This document shows, in pieces, positions 11,811 through 23,349 of a stretch of DNA of 49,100 nucleotides. Under the pieces are notes generated by a model, which saw only the letters and a program-made list of their open reading frames with translations, was not told the DNA's origin and made no database searches. The first letter of the stretch is position 1, and every line of letters begins with the position of its first letter. Origin of the DNA: Octopus bimaculoides (lineage: Eukaryota); the NCBI RefSeq assembly GCF_001194135.2, contig NC_068991.1:35515431-35564530 (forward strand), written 5' to 3'. Made by a program: the position numbers and the translations under genes.

Positions 11811-14196
11811 GTAATTAAACCAATTACATACTGAAAGTGAACATACATGTTTATTATAATTCCAAAATCCATACATTGAAAATATTGAAGATATTAGAGG
11901 TTTAGTGAAATCCTCGAATTTGGGCAACTTCCTACTTCGAATGCCCACAAAATCAGAATCATACATAAGAGCTGACAGGGCACAAGGACTACTTTATTTA
12001 GAGAAAATTTCTGGCTATTTGAAAGACATTAATTGTCAAGTTTGGTTCACTATTAGCTGGAATGCCCCTTTTCAGTTTTATTCCCTTCAGTTTCATAACT
12101 CACTTTATACAGCTAATTGATACAATTCGAAATGAACTTGGCCTAACATTGCTACTCTACCATTTATTAGATTTCCTACACATGCAACATCAAATTGTAC
12201 AGCAAATAAATCATTTGTTTACTGTTCACTTTTTCTTAAGACTCAAATAAAATTCTCTTTATTCACTCATTACAGTCAGATTTTCATGTCGTAAATATTA
12301 GAGGTTTAAGCTCTTAGTGTTTCACTTCTATTGAATTTTATTTTTACATTTATTATAAAATGATTGTTCTCAGAATTAAACAAAAATAAAAGAACATAGG
12401 CATAGTTTCTTTTGCTTTCATTACTTAGCACACTCAGTTATTTTAAAAATTCAATACCATTCTTCATGTAACGTATCTGACAGGCCATTACCTGCTTCGT
12501 TTATATAGAAGTTAGCGTTTATCTGTGAAATCTGTTATTATTATTTCGTTTAAGTTAAATAAGTGTTCTTGTCACTACATTATTGCGTACTAAAACAGCA
12601 AGATAATTTTTTTTTTTGCATAAAATCTCTAGTTTGAAAGGTTCTGTTTCTTTTTATTGGAAAACACATTTCGTTGTTTACTCCGTTTAAGCAAAGGTTT
12701 TTCTATTGCATGAACGTCACTTAACTTCAGACATAAAATCAAAATTAAGCAATGAAATATAACGGAATTAGGCAGGTCAGATCAAGAACCAGATTGTTTA
12801 CAACAAAAATATAATGGGTGCTATAACTGAGAGTACAATCGATGCAAGTGTTGGAAATTTGTAACCTAGCACTCGTACTGTAGAAAGTCCTTATGAAAGA
12901 CACTTATTTTTTGATTAGATGCAATAGAAAGGTATAATCGGTCCTACAGATTTCAGTTATTGATACTAAAAGAATGCAATAAGTCAAAACAGTGAATCAA
13001 TAAATCAGATAGCATGCAGTAGCAGGTGTGCCTTTCTACTAAGCATAATCACCTGTAAATTTTTAAGATGTGAACATGCATAATCTTTTACTCTTTTCCT
13101 TGCTTCAGGGATTGGAATATGGCCATATTACCACAGTGATTTGTATGAGTTAAAAAAATATAGAGCTTTTTTTCCATTACTCACCCAAACCACAATGTGG
13201 CGTAAAACATCTAAGCTCATAAGGTAAAGAAATGAAGTTTCAAGCGATGATCATAACGTTCTTACATATTAAAAAAAGGGCGAGAGAAAATCACGGCGAA
13301 GTCACCAAAACATGATCATGTATGGACACCATGCTTTTATTTCATTTCGTTTTTAACTCATAATAAAAATTACCAGCGATTTGTATTTACGTCATCAAAT
13401 CCAAATGGACTAAAGAGAAATTCGTTCCAACAGTATTTGCCATAATAAAAATAGACTATAACAAATTTATAATCAATAACAACAATTCTGTAGCTAAAAT
13501 TTCGCACCGTTATTCATAGTCTTAATGTATCATTTCATTTCATTAATGTCAGTTTACGTGCTGCAGATCGAAAAAGAAGCGATTTATTTATGAGCACACT
13601 GTTATTTAGAGGTTTTCTGGACATGCTCACTTAAATCGGATTGGCTAATGGCACAAAATGTGATTTTTTAATAATAATTTCGGATTGCGTTTATGCCATT
13701 TCTTTTATGTATTTTGTTTTACCTGTGATTTCAAAACTTCTTCCTGTTATATTGGACAACTGTGAATTAATTGTATAAGTTGGTGATTCATTTGGTGCAT
13801 CTAAAAGTTTTTTTTAATTGAAGGAAAACGAAAAAAATTCAATGGAATATTTGATGACCAATAACTGTGAACATTGGTGCAATTTTATACCCCCGCATTG
13901 TCGTCGCATAAACCCTGTGTGACGACGTTAAATGACTTTTGTGAGCGTATGTGAAAATCAGCTTAATAGCAGTAATTTTCCATATAAACCTACAGAACTG
14001 TTTCAGGAAAGGTTAACGCCAATAACTATCACTACAGTCCGAGAGAAAGAAGAGGTGACCGAAAGAAAAGTGAAAGGCAGGTCGGTGAATACTTAGTGGA
14101 GGAGGTGGCAGTGCATTTCTGTCCATATTATGAGGGTGTGGGTATTCTTTCTAGTTAACGTTTCAGCAAAATAATATATTCAATCATAGACGTAGA

Positions 14197-14353
14197 CGTA
14201 GCTCTGTGTTAAGAATTTGTTTCTCAACTACATGGTTCTGGGTTCAATTTCACACGTAGCATCTTGAGCAAGCGTCTGCTATACTGTAGCTCCGGACCGA
14301 CCAAAGCCTTATGAGTAGATTTGGTAGATAGAAACTGAAAGAAGTCCGTTGCG
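14197..14353 (+). mobile_element. tRNA-derived SINE with TA-microsatellite tail (..GACCAAAGCCTTGTGAGTGGATTTGGTAGA.. family)
   Basis: B-box-like GGTTCAATTTC. Colinear with the reverse complement of 15939-16090. Confidence 0.8.
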
Positions 14354-14986
14354 TATATATATATATATATATATNNNNNNNNNNNNNNNNNNNNNNNNNN
14401 NNNNNNNNNNNNNNNNNNNNNNNNNNNNNNNNNNNNNNNNNNNNNNNNNNNNNNNNNNNNNNNNNNNNNNNNNNNNNNNNNNNNNNNNNNNNNNNNNNNN
14501 NNNNNNNNNNNNNNNNNNNNNNNNNNNNNNNNNNNNNNNNNNNNNNNNNNNNNNNNNNNNNNNNNNNNNNNNNNNNNNNNNNNNNNNNNNNNNNNNNNNN
14601 NNNNNNNNNNNNNNNNNNNNNNNNNNNNNNNNNNNNNNNNNNNNNNNNNNNNNNNNNNNNNNNNNNNNNNNNNNNNNNNNNNNNNNNNNNNNNNNNNNNN
14701 NNNNNNNNNNNNNNNNNNNNNNNNNNNNNNNNNNNNNNNNNNNNNNNNNNNNNNNNNNNNNNNNNNNNNNNNNNNNNNNNNNNNNNNNNNNNNNNNNNNN
14801 NNNNNNNNNNNNNNNNNNNNNNNNNNNNNNNNNNNNNNNNNNNNNNNNNNNNNNNNNNNNNNNNNNNNNNNNNNNNNNNNNNNNNNNNNNNNNNNNNNNN
14901 NNNNNNNNNNNNNNNNNNNNNNNNNNNNNNNNNNNNNNNNNNNNNNNNNNNNNNNNNNNNNNNATATATATATATATATATATACA

Positions 14987-15422
14987 CCGGAGTAAGAACA
15001 TAAATGTGAAACAAGGTGGAAAAAAAGAGTACTCAAATACCAGAAGTAGAGTAATATGCTTTATTTAAAAACAGCAGAAATATAACAAAAGCTGTTACTC
15101 AAAGTTTCACGTTCCCGTTCGTCGGACAGTTTTGTTAACAAAATAAATAAAGTATATATACATAACTACGTGTATACAAATATAAACAAACTAACATTTG
15201 TTTTTTTATAAACGCCGAAATGTGTATATAAATACAAATAAGATGATAATTTATTTTCGAACACAGAGACGCCGTTAAAACAACAGAAACATTGGGCAAA
15301 TTACCCTTACAAATCGGAAAAATTGGTCAACAAACAACCATGGAACTCGAACCGAAACAACCATGGAACACTTGATATGACTTCGGTTAAGTGCTTAACC
15401 ATTAAGCTAAACTGCCCGCTGA
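14987..15422 (-). mobile_element. tRNA-headed SINE-like element with hammerhead-containing 3' part
   Basis: A-box TAGCTTAATGG (15409-15399) and B-box GGTTCGAGTTCC (15353-15342). Body is repeated in inverted form at 15456-15552 and 15596-15774. Hammerhead fold near the 3' end. That these parts form one element is inferred from contiguity. Confidence 0.6.
15084..15136 (-). ncRNA. Minimal type I hammerhead ribozyme (U4C core variant)
   Basis: AACAAAACUGU-CCGACGA-ACG GGAA CGU-GAA-ACU UUG AGU-A-ACAG c UUUUGUU. Stem I is 4+7 bp, stem II 3 bp, stem III 3 bp, and the cleavage triplet is GUA. Confidence 0.6.
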
Positions 15423-15595
15423 CAAATCACTTCGCTTTTTAAATGCTTCTCTGCTTTCGAAAATTTATCATCTTATTTGCATCTATATACACATTTCGGC
15501 GCTTATAAAAATATACAAATGTCAGTTTGTTTATATTTATATACACGTGGTTGCATATTTAGCTTTGAAAGCGTCTCAAAAGGGGATTGAATTGC

Positions 15596-15774
15596 TAGCG
15601 GGTAGTTTAGCTTAATAGTAAAGCACTTAGCCTGATCCATATCAAAATATAAGGGTTCGAGTCCTATAGCTGGTTGCTAACAAATTTTTCCGCTTTGTTA
15701 GGGTAATTTACCCAATGTTTAAGCTATTCTAACGATGTTTCTGAGTTCGAAAATGAATTATCATCTTATTTGAA
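15596..15774 (+). mobile_element. Second (head+body) copy of the tRNA-headed element at 14987-15422
   Basis: A-box TAGCTTAATAG (15608-15618) and B-box GGTTCGAGTCC (15654-15664). Its reverse complement aligns with 15235-15421. Confidence 0.8.
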
Positions 15775-15784
15775 TCAATGTATT

Positions 15785-15900
15785 TTACTTGTTTTATTCA
15801 TTAGACTGCGGCCATACTGGGTCACCGCCTTGAAGAATTTTTTGTCGAATGTATCGACCCTAGTACTTATTTCTTAAAAGCCGAACCGCTGAGTTATGGT
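15785..15900 (-). mobile_element. SINE 3' part (family of 24940-25147)
   Basis: Reverse complement contains GGTCGATA..CGAC..AGGCGGTGACCCAGTATGGCCGCAGTC tail. Confidence 0.7.
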
Positions 15901-15901
15901 G

Positions 15902-15934
<33 letters not shown>

Positions 15935-15938
15935 ATAT

Positions 15939-16090
15939 GACAGGCTTTTTTCAGTTTCTGTCTACCAAATCCACTCACAAGGCTTTGGTTGGCACGAGGC
16001 AATGGTAGAAGACACTTGGTCAAGGTGCTACGCAGTGGGGCTGAACTCTGAAACCATATAGTTGGGAAGCAAGCTTCTTACCGCTCAGCT
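15939..16090 (-). mobile_element. tRNA-derived SINE (family of 14197)
   Basis: CAGTTTCTGTCTACCAAATCCACTCACAAGGCTTTGGT is the reverse complement of the 14197 copy. Confidence 0.85.
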
Positions 16091-16118
16091 GTACCAGCGC
16101 CTATAAACAATAATGCTG

Positions 16119-16181
16119 CTCCTATGCCAGGAATCGAACCCGGCTGAAAACCAGGAATCCCAACCACTAGACCACATGGGA
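16119..16181 (-). pseudogene. tRNA-Glu(TTC) pseudogene with a 9-nt internal deletion
   Basis: TCCCATGTGGTCTAGTGGTTGGGATTCCTGGTTTTCA^GCCGGGTTCGATTCCTGGCATAGGAG (63 nt) aligns to canonical 72-nt tRNA-Glu, lacking the 3' anticodon stem and variable loop. Confidence 0.8.
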
Positions 16182-16717
16182 TACATATATGTATATGTAT
16201 ATATATATATATGTATATGTAATATATGTTTGTTTGTATGTATATATGTTTCGTGTTTCATTGTCAGAATATCCGTATAAGAGGAGTCTGGACCCGCTAG
16301 TTTGCACTGGTATCGAATCGTATAAGTCGTAATATGAAAACAAATCAAACTGTGTTATTTTGGAATCATTTTGTTACGTACAGGTCTGCGTAATATATAA
16401 TAGGAAATGCATCAGTTACGTAAACCTTCCTCAGTTAAAACATCACAAAGTCTGAAGAGATTGATGGAAATATTTCAGTATATAATGTTAGAGTAGTAGG
16501 TCGGCTACTAATTTAAGAAAATGGATAAGAATATACAGAAGGATAAAGAAGGGGAACAGAAAGAGAGGGAGAAAGAGAAATAAAAAGGGAGAGAAAGGAG
16601 AGAAGTATATATAAAGTAAGATAGTGGGGAAGGGGAAGAAGTGAAGATGTGCGAGTGAATAGTATTGAAAGGAAATGGATTTGTTGTGTGTATTTATTCT
16701 TTTATTTTTCACTCGCT

Positions 16718-16850
16718 TCACTCATTAGACTGTAGTCATGCCGGGGTACTGCCATGAAGTTTAGTCAAACAAATCGACCCCAGAACTTATTTTAAAGCCT
16801 GGTACTTATTCTAACGGCCTCTTTTGCTGAACGGGGTCATAAGCACATTA
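16718..16850 (-). mobile_element. SINE 3' part (family of 24940-25147)
   Basis: AAATCGACCCCAGAACTTATT..GGTACTTATTCTA..CTCTTTTGCTGAAC is the reverse complement of the 25.0 kb copy. Confidence 0.7.
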
Positions 16851-16869
16851 TCAAGCGGTAGCAGAGAAC

Positions 16870-16882
16870 ATGCGCGCGCGCG

Positions 16883-16924
<42 letters not shown>

Positions 16925-16948
16925 CACACGCACACACACACACACACG

Positions 16949-16980
<32 letters not shown>

Positions 16981-17037
16981 CACACACACATGCTCGCGCG
17001 CGCACACACACACATGCGCGCGCGCACACACACACAC
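16870..17037. repeat. (CA)n with CG-run interruptions
   Basis: Read directly. Confidence 0.95.
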
Positions 17038-17058
17038 GATGGGCTTTCATGCCAGGTA

Positions 17059-17553
17059 GCAAAATGCCAACATCATGACTGCTGCTCAATGCTCTGTGAA
17101 TATCGTAAAGGGTGTATGATGTGACATGAACATCATGACAGACAAGTTCCTTCAAACTGTGATGGTCTTTCCATGTATCTCCTCTAAGGGTGACGTCATA
17201 CCGCCCGTTACCTTCGAATAGGGCCTTAGGCTCAATCCACACGGCTATGTGAAGCTGTTGAAGACTGTAGACAGACCCTGGCTGGAGAAGGTTGCTGATG
17301 TGGCCATATGTGTAGACATGATTCGGTTCCATGTCATACCACCGGATTAAGAAAGTGTTTGAAGATCTTCGCCAGGTTCTGGATCCATTCTGAAGCAGTG
17401 ATGGAGGCTGAAGGTGGTTACCTGCAGTAACTGTTAGCCCCAGCTGTAATTTAGTTGAGACCTTTTGAATTTCATAATACTTGTATTTTGGGATGGGATA
17501 TTGCAATTCCATTTCCTTTTACGCAAACTGTGAAATTTAGCTCGGATACCCTG
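17059..17553 (+). mobile_element. Tc1/mariner (maT/DD37D-like) transposon 3' fragment
   Basis: + strand peptide [55 protein letters not shown]. Ends ..ATACCCTG followed by TA. Confidence 0.7.
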
Positions 17554-18070
17554 TAATTACATCAAATTTTAGATTCAAATAATATGCTATTTCTATAATA
17601 TGCGGAAGATTTCAAAATGTTCTTACTTTTACACATGACATGCTATATATAGATGTCCGTTTAACACATAACTGTAACATAATTATTCAACATTTCTTTA
17701 TAGGTAATATAACCAGATTTTAAATTGCCATAATATATCCATTACATACAATATTTTCTAAATAAAATATCTTTTATATTTTTACATAACATTTATAATA
17801 TATGTATTTAACAGTACAGAAGCATTCGAATGATATCATTATAAAACGAATTGGCTCAAAAATTATATAACAAAGAAACCTTATTTTCTGGAAAATATAT
17901 TGCCTTCTTTTACTTTGACAGAGAGTGTTGCATTATTAAGGATGGAAGATAGACACATATGAAAGTCATACATTTCTTAAAGTCATTAAAAGCATGAGAT
18001 AAAATGGCTTCAACAAGTGTTATTTTGTAACATAACTTATCACCCCACTTCCTCTGTATATATATATATA

Positions 18071-18560
18071 TTCTTTTATTCTTTTATATGATTCAGACCT
18101 AAGGCTGTGGCCATGCTGTTGCATCGCCAGTATAATCATCTTTTAAATGGCCAATCTTATGTGATTGGCTTTTGGTGGAGGAGGGAGTTTGACACTGCTG
18201 CCATTTTTTGATTTTCCTGCCTTGATATTGGTTCATCTGGGACCTTTGGAACAGTGCAGTTACGTCCAATTCGGGGTCTGGTATAACTCTCGATTCCAAA
18301 GTTTGGTACCAACCCCTCCAGTATCTTCCACACATATATCACTGCATACCTCTCCCATCTTCGCTCCAGGGAGTAGAGTTGTAGCTCTTTCAGTCGTCCC
18401 CAATAACTCAGCTGTTGCATTGATGCAATTTTCCTTGTGTAACATTGCTGAAGCGCCTCAAGTTCCACTATTAATCCGACTGTGTAGGGTGACCACAGTT
18501 GAGTGCAGTAGTCCAGACGGCTGAGGACAAATGTTCTCCATAGAACCAGTATAGTTTCAT
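18071..18560 (-). mobile_element. CR1/L2-group LINE 3' end
   Basis: LWRTFVLSRLDYCTQLWSPY..LEALQQCYTRKI..LSYWGRLKELQLYSLERR.ERY..IYVWKILEGLVPN, followed by a 3' tail ending in TAAAAGAA repeats. Confidence 0.85.
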
Positions 18561-19786
18561 GGTTCCTTGTTTTGAAGGAAAGAGTGATGTCGAGAGAGAA
18601 ATAAGCGCCTCTATCCTTCGCTGATATGTACATCAGCACAAAGACGACGTTTTGACCCGAAGAGTTATGCCTCTTGCAAACAAATACACAACATGGATCT
18701 GATCAAAATATTGTGAGGATTATAGACTGATAAATTGTCAGTTATTAAGTAGTTTTATCAAATTTAAAAGTCAAGCATTAAACAGAAACTAAAAAAAATG
18801 AGGTGGAAAATTATGCGAGGAAGAAAACAGTTGGAGACAAAAATTAGCAAATCAAGTATATAACAGAATAATAGAGTAGGGAAATAGGAGGTCAATATAT
18901 TATTAATAAATTATTAAGCAATGTTGACGACCGGAAACTAATAAGCAATAAGATTAATCAATATCTATTTGTATTTTATAATAGCTGTCCATTTTGATAG
19001 AATTTAATGAAAAATGTAAAGATGCGTTCCCAGTAGTGTTAAATTTAGTCAAACAAGTTAAACAATCTACAGTTTAGGGCCTCATAATCCACAGGGACTT
19101 CAAAATAATTAAAATATGTTTTTAATGTTTGCGAGACCTGGTATAATTTTTTAATATGGGGCTCCAAGCATATACAACACAGAGCCTCATTAAGTCTATA
19201 TCTAACACTAGTTCCTTGTGTTTCTATTACAACTATTTCATTTAACTGACTGCCAATGTATCGCCAATAACCGACTCGATAATGAGCAGTTACTTGAGAG
19301 ATCAGTTATCACTATCTTACCATTGTTGCTATGTAATATCTGTGAACAACACAGTTAATTCTTAATGATGTAACCCATCTAGTTGCAAGTGGGCTGCAAG
19401 GTGATAGGGTTCTTCGCTGTAATTATCAGCAACACTAAGATTAACAAAGATGTTATGTTTACGGGGCTGAATTCTACTTGTTCTGCTAGCTTGGAAGTGA
19501 CAATAAGAAATCATCTCGGAGTAGTTATCACTTTAATAGAATCTGAAGACTATGCTACAGAATTTATCACAATTACCATTAAACCCTACCCCACCACCGA
19601 CCAATCAGCTATTGTTTTTTCCACTCAATAATGCTGCAACTGCTTTTTTCTATTAGCTGTCGCTTGTTTCCTTTGAATCTGCTGCCTTGCTTCTCTGAAA
19701 CTTTCAGCCGTTTCATTCTTAAAAACATGCGTTAATGAGAAAATTAAAATAACCACGGCTTGAATACTGAAATTAAAAATAAAAAT

Positions 19787-19789
<3 letters not shown>

Positions 19790-19868
<79 letters not shown>
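19790..19868. repeat. (GA)n abutting gap 19869-20540
   Basis: Read directly. Confidence 0.95.
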
Positions 19869-20540
19869 NNNNNNNNNNNNNNNNNNNNNNNNNNNNNNNN
19901 NNNNNNNNNNNNNNNNNNNNNNNNNNNNNNNNNNNNNNNNNNNNNNNNNNNNNNNNNNNNNNNNNNNNNNNNNNNNNNNNNNNNNNNNNNNNNNNNNNNN
20001 NNNNNNNNNNNNNNNNNNNNNNNNNNNNNNNNNNNNNNNNNNNNNNNNNNNNNNNNNNNNNNNNNNNNNNNNNNNNNNNNNNNNNNNNNNNNNNNNNNNN
20101 NNNNNNNNNNNNNNNNNNNNNNNNNNNNNNNNNNNNNNNNNNNNNNNNNNNNNNNNNNNNNNNNNNNNNNNNNNNNNNNNNNNNNNNNNNNNNNNNNNNN
20201 NNNNNNNNNNNNNNNNNNNNNNNNNNNNNNNNNNNNNNNNNNNNNNNNNNNNNNNNNNNNNNNNNNNNNNNNNNNNNNNNNNNNNNNNNNNNNNNNNNNN
20301 NNNNNNNNNNNNNNNNNNNNNNNNNNNNNNNNNNNNNNNNNNNNNNNNNNNNNNNNNNNNNNNNNNNNNNNNNNNNNNNNNNNNNNNNNNNNNNNNNNNN
20401 NNNNNNNNNNNNNNNNNNNNNNNNNNNNNNNNNNNNNNNNNNNNNNNNNNNNNNNNNNNNNNNNNNNNNNNNNNNNNNNNNNNNNNNNNNNNNNNNNNNN
20501 NNNNNNNNNNNNNNNNNNNNNNNNNNNNNNNNNNNNNNNN

Positions 20541-20693
20541 ATAATCAAAATGTCTTATTATACAATAATCAAAATGTCTTATTATACAATAATCAAAATG
20601 TCTTATTATACAATAATCAAAATGTCTTATTATACAATAATCAAAATGTCTTATTATACAATAATCAAAATGTCTTATTATACAATAATCAAA
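20541..20693. repeat. 24-bp minisatellite ATAATCAAAATGTCTTATTATACA, 6 full copies plus a partial one, running into the gap
   Basis: Identical units at 24-bp spacing. Confidence 0.95.
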
Positions 20694-20919
20694 GGTACTA
20701 TTGACTAGAATTCTATTAAATGTACAAAACAACTAAACCGAGTTTCAATCTCTTTTGTCATGCAGTTCTCATTTTAAGTATCATCTCTTTTGATTGAGAA
20801 CGAAGAATGCTTGACCAGGACATGTTTTTCATCTGCACAATAAGATATTTATAACGTAATTGACTGTCTACTGCAAATTTCAATACTTTGTGTAATATAT
20901 TTTGTCATTTACAGACAAG

Positions 20920-21050
20920 TATATATATATATATGTATATGCATATGCATATGCATATGTATTTACCCCCTCCCCCGTCCCACACACACACATACACACG
21001 CACATACATGTATACATATACGAGCTATGTGCATAAATTTATAAGTATAG

Positions 21051-21108
<58 letters not shown>
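20920..21108. repeat. Compound TA/TGCATA/CA microsatellite abutting gap 21109-21635
   Basis: Read directly. Confidence 0.9.
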
Positions 21109-21635
21109 NNNNNNNNNNNNNNNNNNNNNNNNNNNNNNNNNNNNNNNNNNNNNNNNNNNNNNNNNNNNNNNNNNNNNNNNNNNNNNNNNNNNNNNNNNNN
21201 NNNNNNNNNNNNNNNNNNNNNNNNNNNNNNNNNNNNNNNNNNNNNNNNNNNNNNNNNNNNNNNNNNNNNNNNNNNNNNNNNNNNNNNNNNNNNNNNNNNN
21301 NNNNNNNNNNNNNNNNNNNNNNNNNNNNNNNNNNNNNNNNNNNNNNNNNNNNNNNNNNNNNNNNNNNNNNNNNNNNNNNNNNNNNNNNNNNNNNNNNNNN
21401 NNNNNNNNNNNNNNNNNNNNNNNNNNNNNNNNNNNNNNNNNNNNNNNNNNNNNNNNNNNNNNNNNNNNNNNNNNNNNNNNNNNNNNNNNNNNNNNNNNNN
21501 NNNNNNNNNNNNNNNNNNNNNNNNNNNNNNNNNNNNNNNNNNNNNNNNNNNNNNNNNNNNNNNNNNNNNNNNNNNNNNNNNNNNNNNNNNNNNNNNNNNN
21601 NNNNNNNNNNNNNNNNNNNNNNNNNNNNNNNNNNN

Positions 21636-22608
21636 ATAGCTCTATCTAGTATGCTCCAAAGATTTTCAATTGGGATCATGTCAGGAGATTGGCTCGGCCA
21701 AGGAAGCTTTTTGATCCCATTTTCAGTCAGCTCTGTGGCCTGGAGCCCCATCTTCCATGAATAAAAACTCATTTTTCGTTATGTTATCGTGTGAATACAT
21801 CGGAAGTAGTCCTTGCTTAAGTATTTCGATGTATTTTTCAGATTTTATGGTTCCAACACATTTGACCAGCTCAGAACGACCATTGATGGTGACAGCTCTT
21901 CATACCATTACAGAGATACCACCATGTTTCACAATTGGTTGGAGTCGTTTCAAATCAAATTCTTGATTGTTAAGCTTCCAGACCCAAACACGTCCACTGT
22001 CTGAAAATAATGCAAATCTGGATTCATCCGAGAAAATCACTATCCCCAAATAAACTGGATCTTTCTGACATCTCCTCAGCCCATTTCTTTCTTTTCATGA
22101 TATTAATTGGTTGAAGGAGAGGTTTGCTTCTAGCTGCTCGTCCATAATACCCAAGCTTATGCAAATATGTAACACACGTTCTTGGACTAACTTCTAGCTG
22201 TTTTTGCAATGTCAGAAGCCTTCGAACGGGGTTCGCTTTCCACAATTCTCTTCAAGCAGTGAAGCTTCCTTTCCGAGGGCCCAGGTCGGCCGGGACGAAA
22301 ATCTGTTGATTATTTTCTTTGGCTTTTGAATTGCACTATAATTCTATTAACAGCAACAAGAGGAATTTGAAGATTCTCGGCAATTTTTCGCTGGCTAAGA
22401 CCAGCCTCAGATTGTCCAACGATACGACCTCTTTGAGAATCTGACAGTTCTGCTGAATTTTTTGTTCGTGGCATGGTTACTCTTCGCAAATGTTTAATAT
22501 GATGGCGCCTGGAATAATTACATTGTAAATTCTATACTGCTGAAAACATAATAAGACGCGTAGATCAGAAATTTTGAAAATTAAAGGTGTCTATTTACTT
22601 CCTGCATG
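21636..22608 (-). mobile_element. Tc1-like (DD34E) transposon remnant, both ends run into gaps
   Basis: ATG at 22474 ([28 protein letters not shown]), [57 protein letters not shown]. Confidence 0.85.
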
Positions 22609-22708
22609 NNNNNNNNNNNNNNNNNNNNNNNNNNNNNNNNNNNNNNNNNNNNNNNNNNNNNNNNNNNNNNNNNNNNNNNNNNNNNNNNNNNNNNNNNNNN
22701 NNNNNNNN

Positions 22709-22830
22709 GGACATTTGTGTAAAGAGATGGGTGGAGTTATCAACTGATCATCACCTAGTTGTCTGTAACCTGAGACTATTGACAGCGGGAAGAACTCACA
22801 TAACTGGTAAGCCCAGTGCAACTTAAAGGA
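22709..22830 (+). mobile_element. RTE LINE fragment (end of AP endonuclease domain)
   Basis: DICVKRWVELSTDHHLVVCNLRL matches the S/TDH motif. Confidence 0.65.
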
Positions 22831-22871
22831 TAAAGTAGGAAACCTTGGAATAGAAACAAATATGTAGAAAC

Positions 22872-23160
22872 TCATCATCATCATCGTCATCGTTTAATGT
22901 TTAATGCATGGGTAGGAAGGTTGACAAGAGCTGGCCAGGTAGAAAAACTACTCTAGGCTACTTACTGTGTCTGTTTTAGCATGGATTTTACAGCTGGATG
23001 TCCTTCCTAACACCAATCACTCCACAAGCTGGACGCAGTGCATTTTATATGGAACTAGCACAGGCAAGGTTAGTTTTGGTATGAATTTTACAGCTGGACA
23101 CCCTTCCAAATGCCAACCATATTACAGTGTGGACTAGATGCTTTTAACGTGGCACCAATT
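22872..23160 (-). mobile_element. Probable RTE-type 3' tail with (CAT)n end and internal direct repeat
   Basis: CATCATCATCGT..TTTAATG start; ATTTTACAGCTGGA..CCTTCC repeated at ~22985 and ~23085. Family identity is from memory. Confidence 0.45.
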
Positions 23161-23349
23161 GGCAGAATAGCCAAGTAACTTGCAAGGTTAATACTGTATA
23201 TATATATAAATGGAATAAATTCAGAGACCTTCTTGAACAAATTCAACATATCAAAATAGAGTAAAGATTGTTTTGCTTGGCAGTTTTCTCTATGGTTGTA
23301 CAATGCTGTGGATTGCAGTGGCTTGGTGTGGTACCAGGTGGCCAAAGAA

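Noticed and set aside
13883-13926. TTTTATACCC plus a 9-bp hairpin as a Helentron/HINE end
   Set aside because: Short motifs only; no partner subterminal repeat or second copy found.
19000-19420. Possible LINE C-terminal remnant (YAWSP) on the minus strand
   Set aside because: One short motif only; too decayed to support.
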